Shown here: one piece after another, positions 1-8,961 of the stretch | Position numbering within the stretch: the first letter of the stretch is position 1 | Layout of the letters: every line of letters starts with the position of its first letter | Virus record (IMG/VR): IMGVR_UViG_3300044675_001894 | Span: 32,858-96,857 of that record | Origin: a virus | Length of the DNA: 64,000 nucleotides | Reading direction: 5' to 3' (one strand) | Program-made: the position numbers and the translations under genes | Notes under the pieces: model-generated | Seen by the model: only the letters and a program-made list of their open reading frames with translations | The model's database searches: none | What the model was told of the DNA's origin: nothing

Positions 1-462
1 ACTAATTGTAAGATGACCTGGCTGGCAGCAGGTATCTATTGAGTATTGACGGAACGTGAACACGTCACCCTCGTTGACGGGTACAGACTTGGTTCCTGTC
101 GCATTGTTCTGTTGTGTAAGCAAGGTGTATACACCGTTAACTGCGTACTGCGGTGGATCATAGACCCAACCATCATTGGTTTGATATGACCAAGTGAAAT
201 CTATTGTGTCTACATCTGCGGGAATTGTGGTCTCAATTTTGACCCAATGCGCTCCCCCACAAGGTGATCCTTGCGGCGCTAATTGATTATCAGGACCATG
301 CAGAGTTATGGCGTCGTTTACGACTTCAATGTACCCACCACAATAAGTAGACTCACTGTATGTCCATTCACCGAGAGCGTCTGCTTTAACAGAAGTGATT
401 GGCGAAATCCAAGCAAAGAGTGCTACAGGGAAGTAGATCCAAAAGCCTTTACGAAATCTCAT
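1..462 (-). CDS. secreted/exported protein, 3' end runs off the window
   Basis: Hand-translated open frame MRFRKGFWIYFPVALFAWISPITSVKAD..., with a signal-peptide-like N-terminus and upstream SD AAGGAGGG; not in the ORF track. Confidence 0.7.
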   Translation of the reverse strand, partial: MRFRKGFWIYFPVALFAWISPITSVKADALGEWTYSESTYCGGYIEVVNDAITLHGPDNQLAPQGSPCGGAHWVKIETTIPADVDTIDFTWSYQTNDGWVYDPPQYAVNGVYTLLTQQNNATGTKSVPVNEGDVFTFRQYSIDTCCQPGHLTIS

Positions 463-578
463 GTCCCTCCTTAGACACGAAAGACGGGCCGCCCGCAGGC
501 AACCCGTCCTCGTTGAGTCTCGGTAATACATTGTACTACATTTGTAACAACGTACTTATAAAATAGTTTGGAAAACAC

Positions 579-722
579 CTAATATACCCCTTCACAGCAG
601 GCGTCTCTGGACCCGCACTCAGGGCAACGGTAATGGGCATGTTCTGGGCGCATACGAGCGCCGCACCGAACACACTGCTCGCTACAGTCGGTTACTTCAG
701 TACTTGGAGTTTTACTTCCCAT
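579..722 (-). CDS. small zinc-finger protein (47 aa)
   Basis: Hand-translated MGSKTPSTEVTDCSEQCVRCGARMRPEHAHYRCPECGSRDACCEGVY; two CxxC pairs; AGGAG upstream. Confidence 0.65.
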   Translation of the reverse strand: MGSKTPSTEVTDCSEQCVRCGARMRPEHAHYRCPECGSRDACCEGVY

Positions 723-866
723 GCACCTGCTCCTACAGACCGAATGTTTAATAAAACAGACGACTTGTAGCCATGAGCCTTAGCAAGACGCATTGCTTGA
801 TCAATTGCGTCCTGCATAGCAGGGGTGTGTATCGGGTAAGTAACAATCACATGTATAGTCTACATC

Positions 867-1631
867 ATGGATTTATCTGACCTGACTATACCTGCACCGC
901 TTCCTGGTCCTGCTGATTGGAATGATGACGGCTTTGTCATTAAAAAAGGATTGCTTCCAGAAGACCTAATGGTTGCATATGAGCAGTGTTGGGTAGAACA
1001 TAATGAGGCAAGACCTGGTGGTTGGCCTGACTGTACTCCGTACCGTCGTCACCCAGAAGTATTAAATATTCTTACCCATCACATGATTAACGACACGATG
1101 GAACAATTGATTGGCGAACCTGCCGCTGTTCACTTAAACCTAACTGGTTGGGTTACTACTCGCCGTAACTGGCATCAAGACACTTATCTCAATCCATCAC
1201 ACGTTGGTGACTACTACGTTGCAATTTGGATTGCACTGGAAGACATCCATCCAGATTCTGGTCCATTTCAATTTGTTCGTGGATCACACAGGTGGCCTAC
1301 GGTTACAAGAGAAAAGATCCTTAACGCATTAGACCCATCTGAGCGTGACCATACATGGCCTAAGCACAGTGAGCGCTTGCTCACTCCGTTGTTTGAAGCC
1401 GAGATTGAAAAGCGTAATGCGGAAGTAATCACATATCTTCCAAAACGTGGAGATGTTTTGTTCTGGCATGGTCGTTTGCTACACCGTGGTTCTGAACCAA
1501 ACGTTCCTGGAATGCAACGCAAATCATTAATTGCACATTACTCAGGAGTTAATCACCGACAAGATATGCCTACTGCTGTACCCCATGGTAGTGGTTGGTA
1601 CTTTCCAATTGATGGAGGAAATGTTCAATGA
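867..1631 (+). CDS. phytanoyl-CoA dioxygenase (PhyH) family 2OG-Fe(II) oxygenase
   Basis: WHQD, WIALED..P.SGP.....GSHRW and GDVLFWHGRLLHRG motifs; leaderless behind TATAGT at 854-859. Confidence 0.9.
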   Translation: MDLSDLTIPAPLPGPADWNDDGFVIKKGLLPEDLMVAYEQCWVEHNEARPGGWPDCTPYRRHPEVLNILTHHMINDTMEQLIGEPAAVHLNLTGWVTTRRNWHQDTYLNPSHVGDYYVAIWIALEDIHPDSGPFQFVRGSHRWPTVTREKILNALDPSERDHTWPKHSERLLTPLFEAEIEKRNAEVITYLPKRGDVLFWHGRLLHRGSEPNVPGMQRKSLIAHYSGVNHRQDMPTAVPHGSGWYFPIDGGNVQ

Positions 1632-2209
1632 AACTTTTAAATGTTGGTTGTGGAACACACTACGCACAGGGTTGGGTAAACGCAGATACATGGGAAACAG
1701 ATGACACTAAACCAGATGTCAAAGTAACTCCTGGTGAACCATATCCTTTTGAAGACAATACGTTTGATGCCATCTATATGGGACATGTATTGGAGCACAT
1801 TCCTTGGTTAGAAGTATCTACCTTCCTTAAAGATATGCAACGCATTGCTAAACCTAATGCACCGATGCTTATTGTTGGACCCGACGTCCATAAAACTATT
1901 AAGCGATGGAAAGACGGACAAGAGCCATGGTGGCTAGTTGAGTCAGTTATGGAGCATTTAGATGTTCCCGACACACATGTCCCTGGTTTGGAATGGTGGG
2001 ATGGTGCACACCATCATTGGAACTGCCACGAGACAAGAGTTGAGAAGTTATTGACTTCGTTGGAGTTCAATAGCATTGTTAATCAGTTTGATGTAATACC
2101 TAATGATCCAAACGGTAAGTCATGGTTTGACGCAGACAACCAGATTGAATGGCCTGTTGTAGGTAAATACTATTGGCAATTAGCCTTTAGTTGTAAAAAC
2201 CTTATTTAA
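1628..2209 (+). CDS. class I SAM-dependent methyltransferase (Methyltransf_11-like)
   Basis: LNVGCG motif I; PFEDNTFDAIYMGHVLEH. Confidence 0.85.
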   Translation: MKLLNVGCGTHYAQGWVNADTWETDDTKPDVKVTPGEPYPFEDNTFDAIYMGHVLEHIPWLEVSTFLKDMQRIAKPNAPMLIVGPDVHKTIKRWKDGQEPWWLVESVMEHLDVPDTHVPGLEWWDGAHHHWNCHETRVEKLLTSLEFNSIVNQFDVIPNDPNGKSWFDADNQIEWPVVGKYYWQLAFSCKNLI

Positions 2210-2810
2210 TCCAAATACCAAGTCTTTCAACTTCATTACCACTGTCACTAACAAATTTAAAACCTTCTGGCATAGGGTCTGCTTCGTCAAACCACACAGG
2301 GATCATACAAGTGTTACCGTAAGCAAAGTCAGGGTTACCTCTTAAATGAACTTCTATAAGTTTGCCATTAATAAATTCACAATTTATAGTTTTGTATTTA
2401 GTGGTTAGGTGTTTTAAGAAGGTAGGTAATGGGTAAGTCTTACTGGTCTTCTCCCAGTAAATAAACCTGCTGTACGGGTGTTCTGAATGCTTGACACCAA
2501 CAACAGACAGTATTGGCTTACCTAACTCGTAATCAATGCTTAAATGCTCACCTGTAAAGATTTCACACCAAAACTCACCTGGGTGTAGATGATTTGTACT
2601 ATCTGTGAGATACTCAACACGTGCTTTAGCACCCATGCCGTTAATATTCATAACAGGCTTAACAAAGTAGTTATCAGGTTTTGGAACTGTTACACCTGCG
2701 GGACCGCAAGTATGACCAGCATGTCTTGCAACGATTAATTTATCAAAGACCCATAAGTCTTCGTTAGATACAAACCCAATCCACGCAATGGCGTCTAGGG
2801 ATGGTTGCAT
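2202..2810 (-). CDS. ATP-grasp-like protein
   Basis: FVKP, EIFTGEHLSIDY and INCEFINGKLIEVHLR resemble ATP-grasp motifs; start moved to the ATG at 2810. Confidence 0.55.
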   Translation of the reverse strand: MQPSLDAIAWIGFVSNEDLWVFDKLIVARHAGHTCGPAGVTVPKPDNYFVKPVMNINGMGAKARVEYLTDSTNHLHPGEFWCEIFTGEHLSIDYELGKPILSVVGVKHSEHPYSRFIYWEKTSKTYPLPTFLKHLTTKYKTINCEFINGKLIEVHLRGNPDFAYGNTCMIPVWFDEADPMPEGFKFVSDSGNEVERLGIWIK

Positions 2811-2811
2811 A

Positions 2812-3093
2812 CTATTCTTGGTCGTCAGGGATCCCGTTACCGTCTTTGTCTTCACTGTTACGTCCTGTGGAGATCATTAGACCTGCCAACGTACCTGTGA
2901 TAAATGTTGCTACGGAAGAAAGAACACCGAAGAACATCTTGTCATTCTCGGCTTGAGCGCCAATTGGCTGTGTGACGAATACGAGTGCCCAGAGCACACC
3001 GATGGTTGTAATCATGAGAACAAAGCCAAGCATGCATCCGATAACGAACTTAAGGCGAGCATCTAGTTCTGCTGGTGTCATACGCTTTTTCAT
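2812..3093 (-). CDS. two-TM membrane protein
   Basis: Two hydrophobic segments and an acidic DxDGNG tail. Confidence 0.7.
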   Translation of the reverse strand: MKKRMTPAELDARLKFVIGCMLGFVLMITTIGVLWALVFVTQPIGAQAENDKMFFGVLSSVATFITGTLAGLMISTGRNSEDKDGNGIPDDQE

Positions 3094-3314
3094 GGGGCAA
3101 CTGTCTCCTCTGTAGGAACGGTGTCAATAAATAAAGATCCTGAAAGCGGATCAAAGCCGAGCAATACGTCGGGGCATGCTCCATCTACTTCACATGCTGG
3201 TCTTTGGCACTGTGGCGCTTCCCAGTTTTCTGGGTCTTGGCACTCATAACGGTACTTACCGTCATAGCCACAACTTGCAAGCAAAACAACAGAAATAAAA
3301 AGTAGTTTCTTCAC
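3090..3314 (-). CDS. putative lipoprotein
   Basis: Lipobox LASC after a hydrophobic leader; Cys-rich. Confidence 0.7.
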   Translation of the reverse strand: MKKLLFISVVLLASCGYDGKYRYECQDPENWEAPQCQRPACEVDGACPDVLLGFDPLSGSLFIDTVPTEETVAP

Positions 3315-3331
3315 CTACCAATTATAGATGA

Positions 3332-3511
3332 TTAGACCTTAGAGCGCCTCTTGAAGTCCGTGTGGGTACCAAGGTATGAGTAAGTCTCATACTCTGGCTC
3401 TTCTTTAGGTGCTGGCGAGGTGTATTCGTAAGATTCTACAGAGCGCATTACAAAACGATGAAATGAACGAATAGCGAATATAATGGCGGCGGCAATAAAG
3501 AAGGTAGTCAT
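3332..3511 (-). CDS. small membrane protein
   Basis: N-terminal TM segment; TATACT upstream of the chosen start. Confidence 0.5.
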   Translation of the reverse strand: MTTFFIAAAIIFAIRSFHRFVMRSVESYEYTSPAPKEEPEYETYSYLGTHTDFKRRSKV

Positions 3512-3544
3512 AAGGGGTTTAAGTATAACCGATTTGGTCATGAT

Positions 3545-3718
3545 TCATCCTCCATTGGAATAAAAGCCACGACCGACCAGATTGACGGCTGGAGAGAAGT
3601 AGACAGGGCGTAACTGCTCACCGCAGTCTGGACAATTGATTACTTGTTGTTCGTCATAGATACTGCGGGTTTCTTCATGACGGTGGTCATTCCCGCATTT
3701 GTAAGCATATGTTGGCAT
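3545..3718 (-). CDS. FmdB-family zinc ribbon protein (57 aa)
   Basis: Hand-translated MPTYAYKC..H...CPDCG...GRGFYSNGG, the typical FmdB pattern. Confidence 0.8.
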   Translation of the reverse strand: MPTYAYKCGNDHRHEETRSIYDEQQVINCPDCGEQLRPVYFSPAVNLVGRGFYSNGG

Positions 3719-3727
3719 GACAAAAGT

Positions 3728-4096
3728 CTAGTCGTATTGAACGGGGATTTCTGAACGTGGGTTGATGTCATTGGCAACCGCAATGCGGTGGTGCCCATCT
3801 TCAATGACAGGACCTTTGTAATCGGCTCCAGGAAAGTAATCGTACATACGACCACGAACACTGAAAGGATGTTGACCTATTGTGATTGGGTCTTGTACAC
3901 CTTCACTCTTAATTTCATTGTACAAACCTTCAGTTTTTGCTTCTTGTACTTTACGAGAAGTTACTTGAGGAAGATCTTTGTACTTTTGTGGTTTATCAGT
4001 TTCTGGCTGATCTAACGGGATCATATCCATCAACTTGTGTGCAGGGATGAACATAGCCAATTGGGCTTCGTTCAGGACATGCTTCTTTTTACCCAT
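3728..4096 (-). CDS. ParB/sulfiredoxin-like domain protein
   Basis: LYNEIKSEGVQDPI and IEDGHHRIAVA; paralog of 7365-7733. Confidence 0.75.
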   Translation of the reverse strand: MGKKKHVLNEAQLAMFIPAHKLMDMIPLDQPETDKPQKYKDLPQVTSRKVQEAKTEGLYNEIKSEGVQDPITIGQHPFSVRGRMYDYFPGADYKGPVIEDGHHRIAVANDINPRSEIPVQYD

Positions 4097-4551
4097 TAGC
4101 GTTTGTAACGAGCACCTTTTTTACCGAGGTTTACACGACCTAGATTATCAGATACATCCTCACCAGTTTCTGGATCAGTCATGGATCCTGGGCGAATCTT
4201 TAGAGGCTTACCGCCACGCATGCTGGGACCAATGTTCCCTTTGACAAATGTGTTACGTGTCTTAGCACCTGTTGGACTTTCTAAATGCTTTTTAAGTTGT
4301 TGAGCATCTATTGCCATAGCGGCGCCGTCTAATGAAACATTTCGGCTGTGCCCAATAAGACGGCGAGTGTTATCAAGAATGCTGTAAATAGGCTCACCCA
4401 AGGCTTTCATAGCAGGGGTGTGCATATGGACGTTGACGGGCGTGCCTCTAAGACCAATCATGGACTCAGGACTAATAATACGGACAGGTGCTCCACGAAC
4501 AATATGCTCTTCAGAAAACTGAATGCTATTGAAAGCACGCCTACTAGTCAT
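4096..4551 (-). CDS. hypothetical protein
   Basis: 151 aa ORF coupled to its neighbours. Confidence 0.7.
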   Translation of the reverse strand: MTSRRAFNSIQFSEEHIVRGAPVRIISPESMIGLRGTPVNVHMHTPAMKALGEPIYSILDNTRRLIGHSRNVSLDGAAMAIDAQQLKKHLESPTGAKTRNTFVKGNIGPSMRGGKPLKIRPGSMTDPETGEDVSDNLGRVNLGKKGARYKR

Positions 4552-5393
4552 TATTCAATTCCTGGGAGTTTCATCTGCTCGCCTTGCATAGCAGGTCGTT
4601 TTTCACGCTTATTTAATCCAGCAAGTTTGTAGGCTGTTTGCCTACCTTCAGCAATAGTTTGATTTGACAAACGATCATGATCACTAAAGTCAAGGTGTTC
4701 TGGACGATGAGCCATACTCCACTTAGTGTCGTCATTCCTATTTAGTGTTTGCCTACCTGATTCGTTACTTACGGCTCCCTTAATGGCTCCCTTTTCTATT
4801 CCTCTACGAGCCAACCTACTGCTGTATTGCGTCATACTGCTAGGGCTGTGGAACTCCGCATCAGGGTGATCGTTCATAGCAATACCTATAAGGGTAGGTA
4901 AGGAACCACGCAATGTAGGGTGCACGAAAGCATTCTCAAATTGAACTTTACGTGGCTTACTTGTAAAAAACTCTGTAGGTACAGGAATGTCTTTGCGAGT
5001 TTCCGCAGGAGCATTGTGGTCTAATGCAGCACGTAGTTTCTTTGTAGGTTCAGGGTTACGTGTTGCAACCATGTCGGCTGTTGCTTTTTGGTTTTTGTCC
5101 CACATGTAGTGTTGGCTAATACCAGTATCTAAAGTCTGTTGGGCGTGTGGGTACCTAGGGTCATGGGTGTTTGCTTTTAGGTTGTCCATGTTTTTTTGAT
5201 CAAAGTCAAAGTTAACAATGGTTTCAGCAGGTTCAATGGTCTCTACTGCGATATGCCCATACGGTGTGTGAGTTGGGGGTTTCTTAGACATCTCATCAAA
5301 CTGGTTACCGTGAACCAACTTATCCCCGACAATGGAATACTTACTGTTTCTACCACCGTACCAGTGGCTATCTTTCTTATAAAACTTAGCCAC
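4551..5393 (-). CDS. hypothetical protein, possible degenerate GNAT fold; paralog of 5842-6666
   Basis: AFVHPTLRG segment; shares the YGG N-terminus and LPG.E C-terminus with 5842-6666. Confidence 0.65.
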   Translation of the reverse strand: MAKFYKKDSHWYGGRNSKYSIVGDKLVHGNQFDEMSKKPPTHTPYGHIAVETIEPAETIVNFDFDQKNMDNLKANTHDPRYPHAQQTLDTGISQHYMWDKNQKATADMVATRNPEPTKKLRAALDHNAPAETRKDIPVPTEFFTSKPRKVQFENAFVHPTLRGSLPTLIGIAMNDHPDAEFHSPSSMTQYSSRLARRGIEKGAIKGAVSNESGRQTLNRNDDTKWSMAHRPEHLDFSDHDRLSNQTIAEGRQTAYKLAGLNKREKRPAMQGEQMKLPGIE

Positions 5394-5404
5394 GATGCTT
5401 TATA

Positions 5405-5635
5405 TTAGTATTCTGATCCTGGGTTCATGACCATATGTGCAATGTCACGATAATCACAGCAACGTGGACAACCACAGTCACCCGCTACTGCACCAAGAAA
5501 CGCCGCCTGACGCATAGGGCGGGTTGTAGGGTTTGGCTGATCAGAGGAACCAATACGCTGTCCAGAAATGCTTGGAGCGCCCTCACTTGGAGAACTTGGA
5601 TCAGGGTTGTTTCGGTTTACTTTGCGTTTTGCCAT
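5405..5635 (-). CDS. small basic protein with Cys-rich C-terminus
   Basis: Leaderless start 6 nt after TACAAT; CGCPRCC. Confidence 0.6.
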   Translation of the reverse strand: MAKRKVNRNNPDPSSPSEGAPSISGQRIGSSDQPNPTTRPMRQAAFLGAVAGDCGCPRCCDYRDIAHMVMNPGSEY

Positions 5636-5841
5636 GTACCGATTGTACAACTAAACAAAATTACCCGCTCACCCCAAAAGTATCACTGATGTATACGAGT
5701 TGTCAAGACCTTTTAGCGAAAAAATACACATGTATATTTCGTACACACGTCAGATGGCAGTTAAACTAAGTGTGTAAAGGCTAATAAGCCTCTGTATTAG
5801 TGCCTTAACCTACAAGTTGTACTTTCACCAAAAAATTGTGT

Positions 5842-6666
5842 CTACTTGTCTTCCATACCAGGGAGTTGTGGCTGACTGAACTGAGGACTCAACGGCTTAG
5901 GGGTATTTTTACCAATACCACGGAGTTCCTTGTAGTGTTGCTTTGCCGAACGCATGGTTGAATCAGGGATCCTCTTAGTACTAGATGTACTAAACGGTGT
6001 AGCAGAAGAAACCATGTCTCTATTATCAAAGTCGTAAGAGTTTGTAACGTCTAGTCCTGGGTTATCTTCACTGCGCTTTACAGGCAGTCCTAGTTTTTCG
6101 GCATGTTCAGTCATGCGTGAACTATGCTCTGACAGGTCATCTGATGCCGTAAGGTCACCATACTTCTGATGAAGGTATGCTCCCATGACAGGGATATGGG
6201 CTTTCATGGATGTATGAGCAAAAGCCCCACGTACTTCTGTAGAGGCAGGCTCAGGGGTAAACATTTGAGAAGTTGTTTTATGGATTTCATTTATGTTTTG
6301 TGCGTAAACTAAGCCGTAATAACGACGACTGTACTGCCTCCCACTTGGGTTAGGTTTGTTTTTGTACTCTTCATGAGCCTTAGCCGCCTCTACTGCGTAG
6401 TAGTGGGCCTTGTTAGCCTCACCTGTGAGTTCATGCCTGTCAAATCCTGTTGCATCAAACACTTTTTGACCTGCTTGGCTTCGTGTAATTTCAGAATTGT
6501 CTTCTAATTGCTTGAAATTCTCACGCTCACGGGCTGGTTGGTGTCTAACGGTCATAGTTGCACGTGGGTACATACCACGAGCGTTAGGGCGGTCACTAAT
6601 TGCGTGAACTTCTTCGTAAGTCAATCGTCCGCCATAAGGAGTCTGGTCTGAGTAGTATTTAGTCAT
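5842..6666 (-). CDS. hypothetical protein; paralog of 4551-5393
   Basis: 274 aa ORF with shared motifs. Confidence 0.7.
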   Translation of the reverse strand: MTKYYSDQTPYGGRLTYEEVHAISDRPNARGMYPRATMTVRHQPARERENFKQLEDNSEITRSQAGQKVFDATGFDRHELTGEANKAHYYAVEAAKAHEEYKNKPNPSGRQYSRRYYGLVYAQNINEIHKTTSQMFTPEPASTEVRGAFAHTSMKAHIPVMGAYLHQKYGDLTASDDLSEHSSRMTEHAEKLGLPVKRSEDNPGLDVTNSYDFDNRDMVSSATPFSTSSTKRIPDSTMRSAKQHYKELRGIGKNTPKPLSPQFSQPQLPGMEDK

Positions 6667-7001
6667 TACTCGTCCTTTGTAGGAAACTGCTGGTTGGATA
6701 GGTATTCACGCCTTCTTTTGGTGTTTCTGTATTTTACTTTTGGTAATGTGATTTCACCAGAAGACAATCCGTGTAAGTAATCTTCTTGGGCGGATTGGAT
6801 ATAGTCTCCCCATTCAGCCTGATTAGGGCGGATACGACCCATATTGCGAGGACCCATTGAGATGTCGCCGTATTCTTCCTGCTCTACATCGTCTGTATAT
6901 CTGCCCATAGGTTTACGAGGCTCTGAGTCTCCTTTTAACGATGTGTAGTTAGTTACACGCTCTTTAGCCCGAGGCGGAAGTGGCTTGCGAGGATCCTGCA
7001 T
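6666..7001 (-). CDS. hypothetical protein
   Basis: Leaderless start 6 nt after TATAAT. Confidence 0.65.
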   Translation of the reverse strand: MQDPRKPLPPRAKERVTNYTSLKGDSEPRKPMGRYTDDVEQEEYGDISMGPRNMGRIRPNQAEWGDYIQSAQEDYLHGLSSGEITLPKVKYRNTKRRREYLSNQQFPTKDE

Positions 7002-7043
7002 AAACTAATTATAGACGGTCATCACCAAAAAATTATGCAGATA

Positions 7044-7361
7044 CTACTGACCCATCTTCTTTTTCCAGTTTGCACCTTCATCAGATGAGGTCGGACCAAT
7101 ATCAATTGGACCATAGTGTGACTCGGCGGCGTTAAACATTGCGGTGGCTACACCTCTGTTTTGATACCGTTTGTTTGTAGCAATACCGAACACTACGTGC
7201 TCACGCTCTTGTCCAGAATTAAAACCGAGCATGACGCCTAAGCGACCAGTAACGGTCTTACCACTGCGTGCTTCAACATCACCGAACGGGTTCGTACGGA
7301 TCGTGTGCTCTTTACCACGCTTGTCTACGAACTGGTGGCTGAGACTCTCATATGCTGACAT
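7044..7361 (-). CDS. GNAT-family acetyltransferase
   Basis: Acetyl-CoA motif A YQNRGVATAMF; SDEGANW. Confidence 0.75.
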   Translation of the reverse strand: MSAYESLSHQFVDKRGKEHTIRTNPFGDVEARSGKTVTGRLGVMLGFNSGQEREHVVFGIATNKRYQNRGVATAMFNAAESHYGPIDIGPTSSDEGANWKKKMGQ

Positions 7362-7364
7362 GTA

Positions 7365-7733
7365 CTACGCTCCTGGTCTCTGGTCTACAGAATAACGTAC
7401 AGGTACTTCCATGTTTGGGTCAATATCATGGGCTGTGGCAATACGATGGTCACCATCCCATACTCGTACACCAGAGCCATAATTTGTTAGACGCAGGTGT
7501 ACAGGGGTTTGAACCCCTTCTTTTTTAATATTGTCGTAAAGACTCTCTTTTTTACCCCCATATGGGTGTCCCTCTTTAGATTCTCGCAATTTTGTAGCAC
7601 GTAGGTTAGGAGACTCAGCCATAGGAAGATAACCTGAACTAGATGTTTCCTCACCTGCGGCGGGGTATGTCATCAGTTCCCGTGCAGGGATAAACATGGA
7701 CAACTGACCACTGAGGTGCTCTTGTGCGGGCAT
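7365..7733 (-). CDS. ParB/sulfiredoxin-like domain protein
   Basis: LYDNIKKEGVQTPV and VWDGDHRIATA. Confidence 0.75.
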   Translation of the reverse strand: MPAQEHLSGQLSMFIPARELMTYPAAGEETSSSGYLPMAESPNLRATKLRESKEGHPYGGKKESLYDNIKKEGVQTPVHLRLTNYGSGVRVWDGDHRIATAHDIDPNMEVPVRYSVDQRPGA

Positions 7734-7750
7734 TTATCTAGTATAGAGGG

Positions 7751-8137
7751 TTACTTAACTTCAAGCACATTCTCTGGAGGAATGTGACCCCAGTGCATTG
7801 CTGAACCTGTTTGGCGAAGGCTATTCTTCCAGTCACTAGAATCATCAGTACGTAGTTTAGACTCATCAAAATTTCTATTTACGCTTGTGTGTACAGGATC
7901 CTCAAAGGAGTTCCAGTCCACTTGCAGGTTTCTTGGGTTTACACGGACTTTTACGATTGCTGGGTCTTTGTGCATACTGGCGTAGTGTTCAGCCAATTCA
8001 TGGTCAGGTGTTACATAAACATTGGGCTTACCGAGTCCTGTGCGTGCACCTATCCCATGTTCTTTAATGTCTTGAGCGTTCTCTTTTGAAGTCCCATGGT
8101 ACATATGCATGTGGAACTGGTCGGGACTAAGAGCCAT
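7751..8137 (-). CDS. ADP-ribosyltransferase-like (HYE/Tpt1-like) protein
   Basis: YHGTS....I...G, VYVT....AEHYA and GHIPPENV. Confidence 0.65.
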   Translation of the reverse strand: MALSPDQFHMHMYHGTSKENAQDIKEHGIGARTGLGKPNVYVTPDHELAEHYASMHKDPAIVKVRVNPRNLQVDWNSFEDPVHTSVNRNFDESKLRTDDSSDWKNSLRQTGSAMHWGHIPPENVLEVK

Positions 8138-8275
8138 AGTTTCAAGTATAGGGCTATTTGGGCGGGTTGGGTGGTCGGTCGGATTTTTGGATGGGGCTAT
8201 TGCGGTGGAGCAGTTCGGGTGGGGCCTGTTGTCTACCCCCCGCCTCCGCTCGCCCCCTCACTTAACCATGGGGGG

Positions 8276-8375
8276 TTATCCACAGCCCGCTCCATGCCCT
8301 GTATGGCTCGCATGGGTTATCCACAGGTACCCCTGTGTACAGCCTGTGGATACTGTGGAACATCTCTGTGGAACA
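8276..8375. promoter_or_regulatory. DnaA-box cluster
   Basis: Perfect TTATCCACA at 8276-8284 and 8317-8325; inverted TGTGGATAC at 8345-8353; degenerate TGTGGAACA at 8354 and 8367. Confidence 0.7.
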
Positions 8376-8382
8376 TTGGGGG

Positions 8383-8396
8383 CGAACACCCGTTTG
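8383..8396. promoter_or_regulatory. LexA (SOS) box-like site, Gram-positive type
   Basis: CGAAC-ACCC-GTTTG versus the consensus CGAAC-N4-GTTCG. Confidence 0.5.
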
Positions 8397-8460
8397 TGTG
8401 ACGTTCGTCACGTGTGACCATCGTCACATGGATTGTTCCAATCGTGTGACATTCGTCACA
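8397..8460. promoter_or_regulatory. three CRP/GlxR-type sites
   Basis: TGTGA-N6-TCACG at 8397-8412; perfect TGTGA-N6-TCACA at 8413-8428 and 8445-8460. Confidence 0.7.
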
Positions 8461-8930
8461 AACCCTTGACAAACGCCAAAACGCCTCAGACGCACCACAA
8501 TGCGTTCTCAGAGGAGGAGGGAGGGATGTAAGGGGTCAAGGCGGGCAGTGGTACAAAGTACCCTCAGAGAGGCTCTCGTACGCCTACGAATAGGGCTATG
8601 AGCCTTGCTGGGTAAGGGTTTGCGGGGTATGGGTAGGTTACGAAGTACTCGCCACAGCGCCCCAATTGCTATCCACTGCACACTCGCTCCATATCGGCAC
8701 CTGCACGCAACACAGAGCCTCCTAGGCACCTCTCCTGCCATCCTGCGGTATTCATTGATCAATTGAATTCTGTGGGTATTCATGCCTCCTCTCTCCTGTA
8801 TCTCCTCCTCCATCCGATGGATGGCTGGTCGTTGGGGGCGCCCAATTCCAGCCCTGTCCCCGCCGTCCCGAGGCTCCAGCCCATGCTGGGCAAGGCTCAA
8901 AAGAATTCTCAGGAATTGTTTAATTGGGGG

Positions 8931-8961
8931 TTGACAGATGTACCCCATCTGTGCGTTTAAT
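8931..8961 (+). promoter_or_regulatory. candidate early sigma70-type promoter with an internal inverted repeat
   Basis: TTGACA at 8931-8936 and TTTAAT at 8956-8961 (long 19 nt spacer); ACAGATG-N5-CATCTGT overlaps it. Confidence 0.35.
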
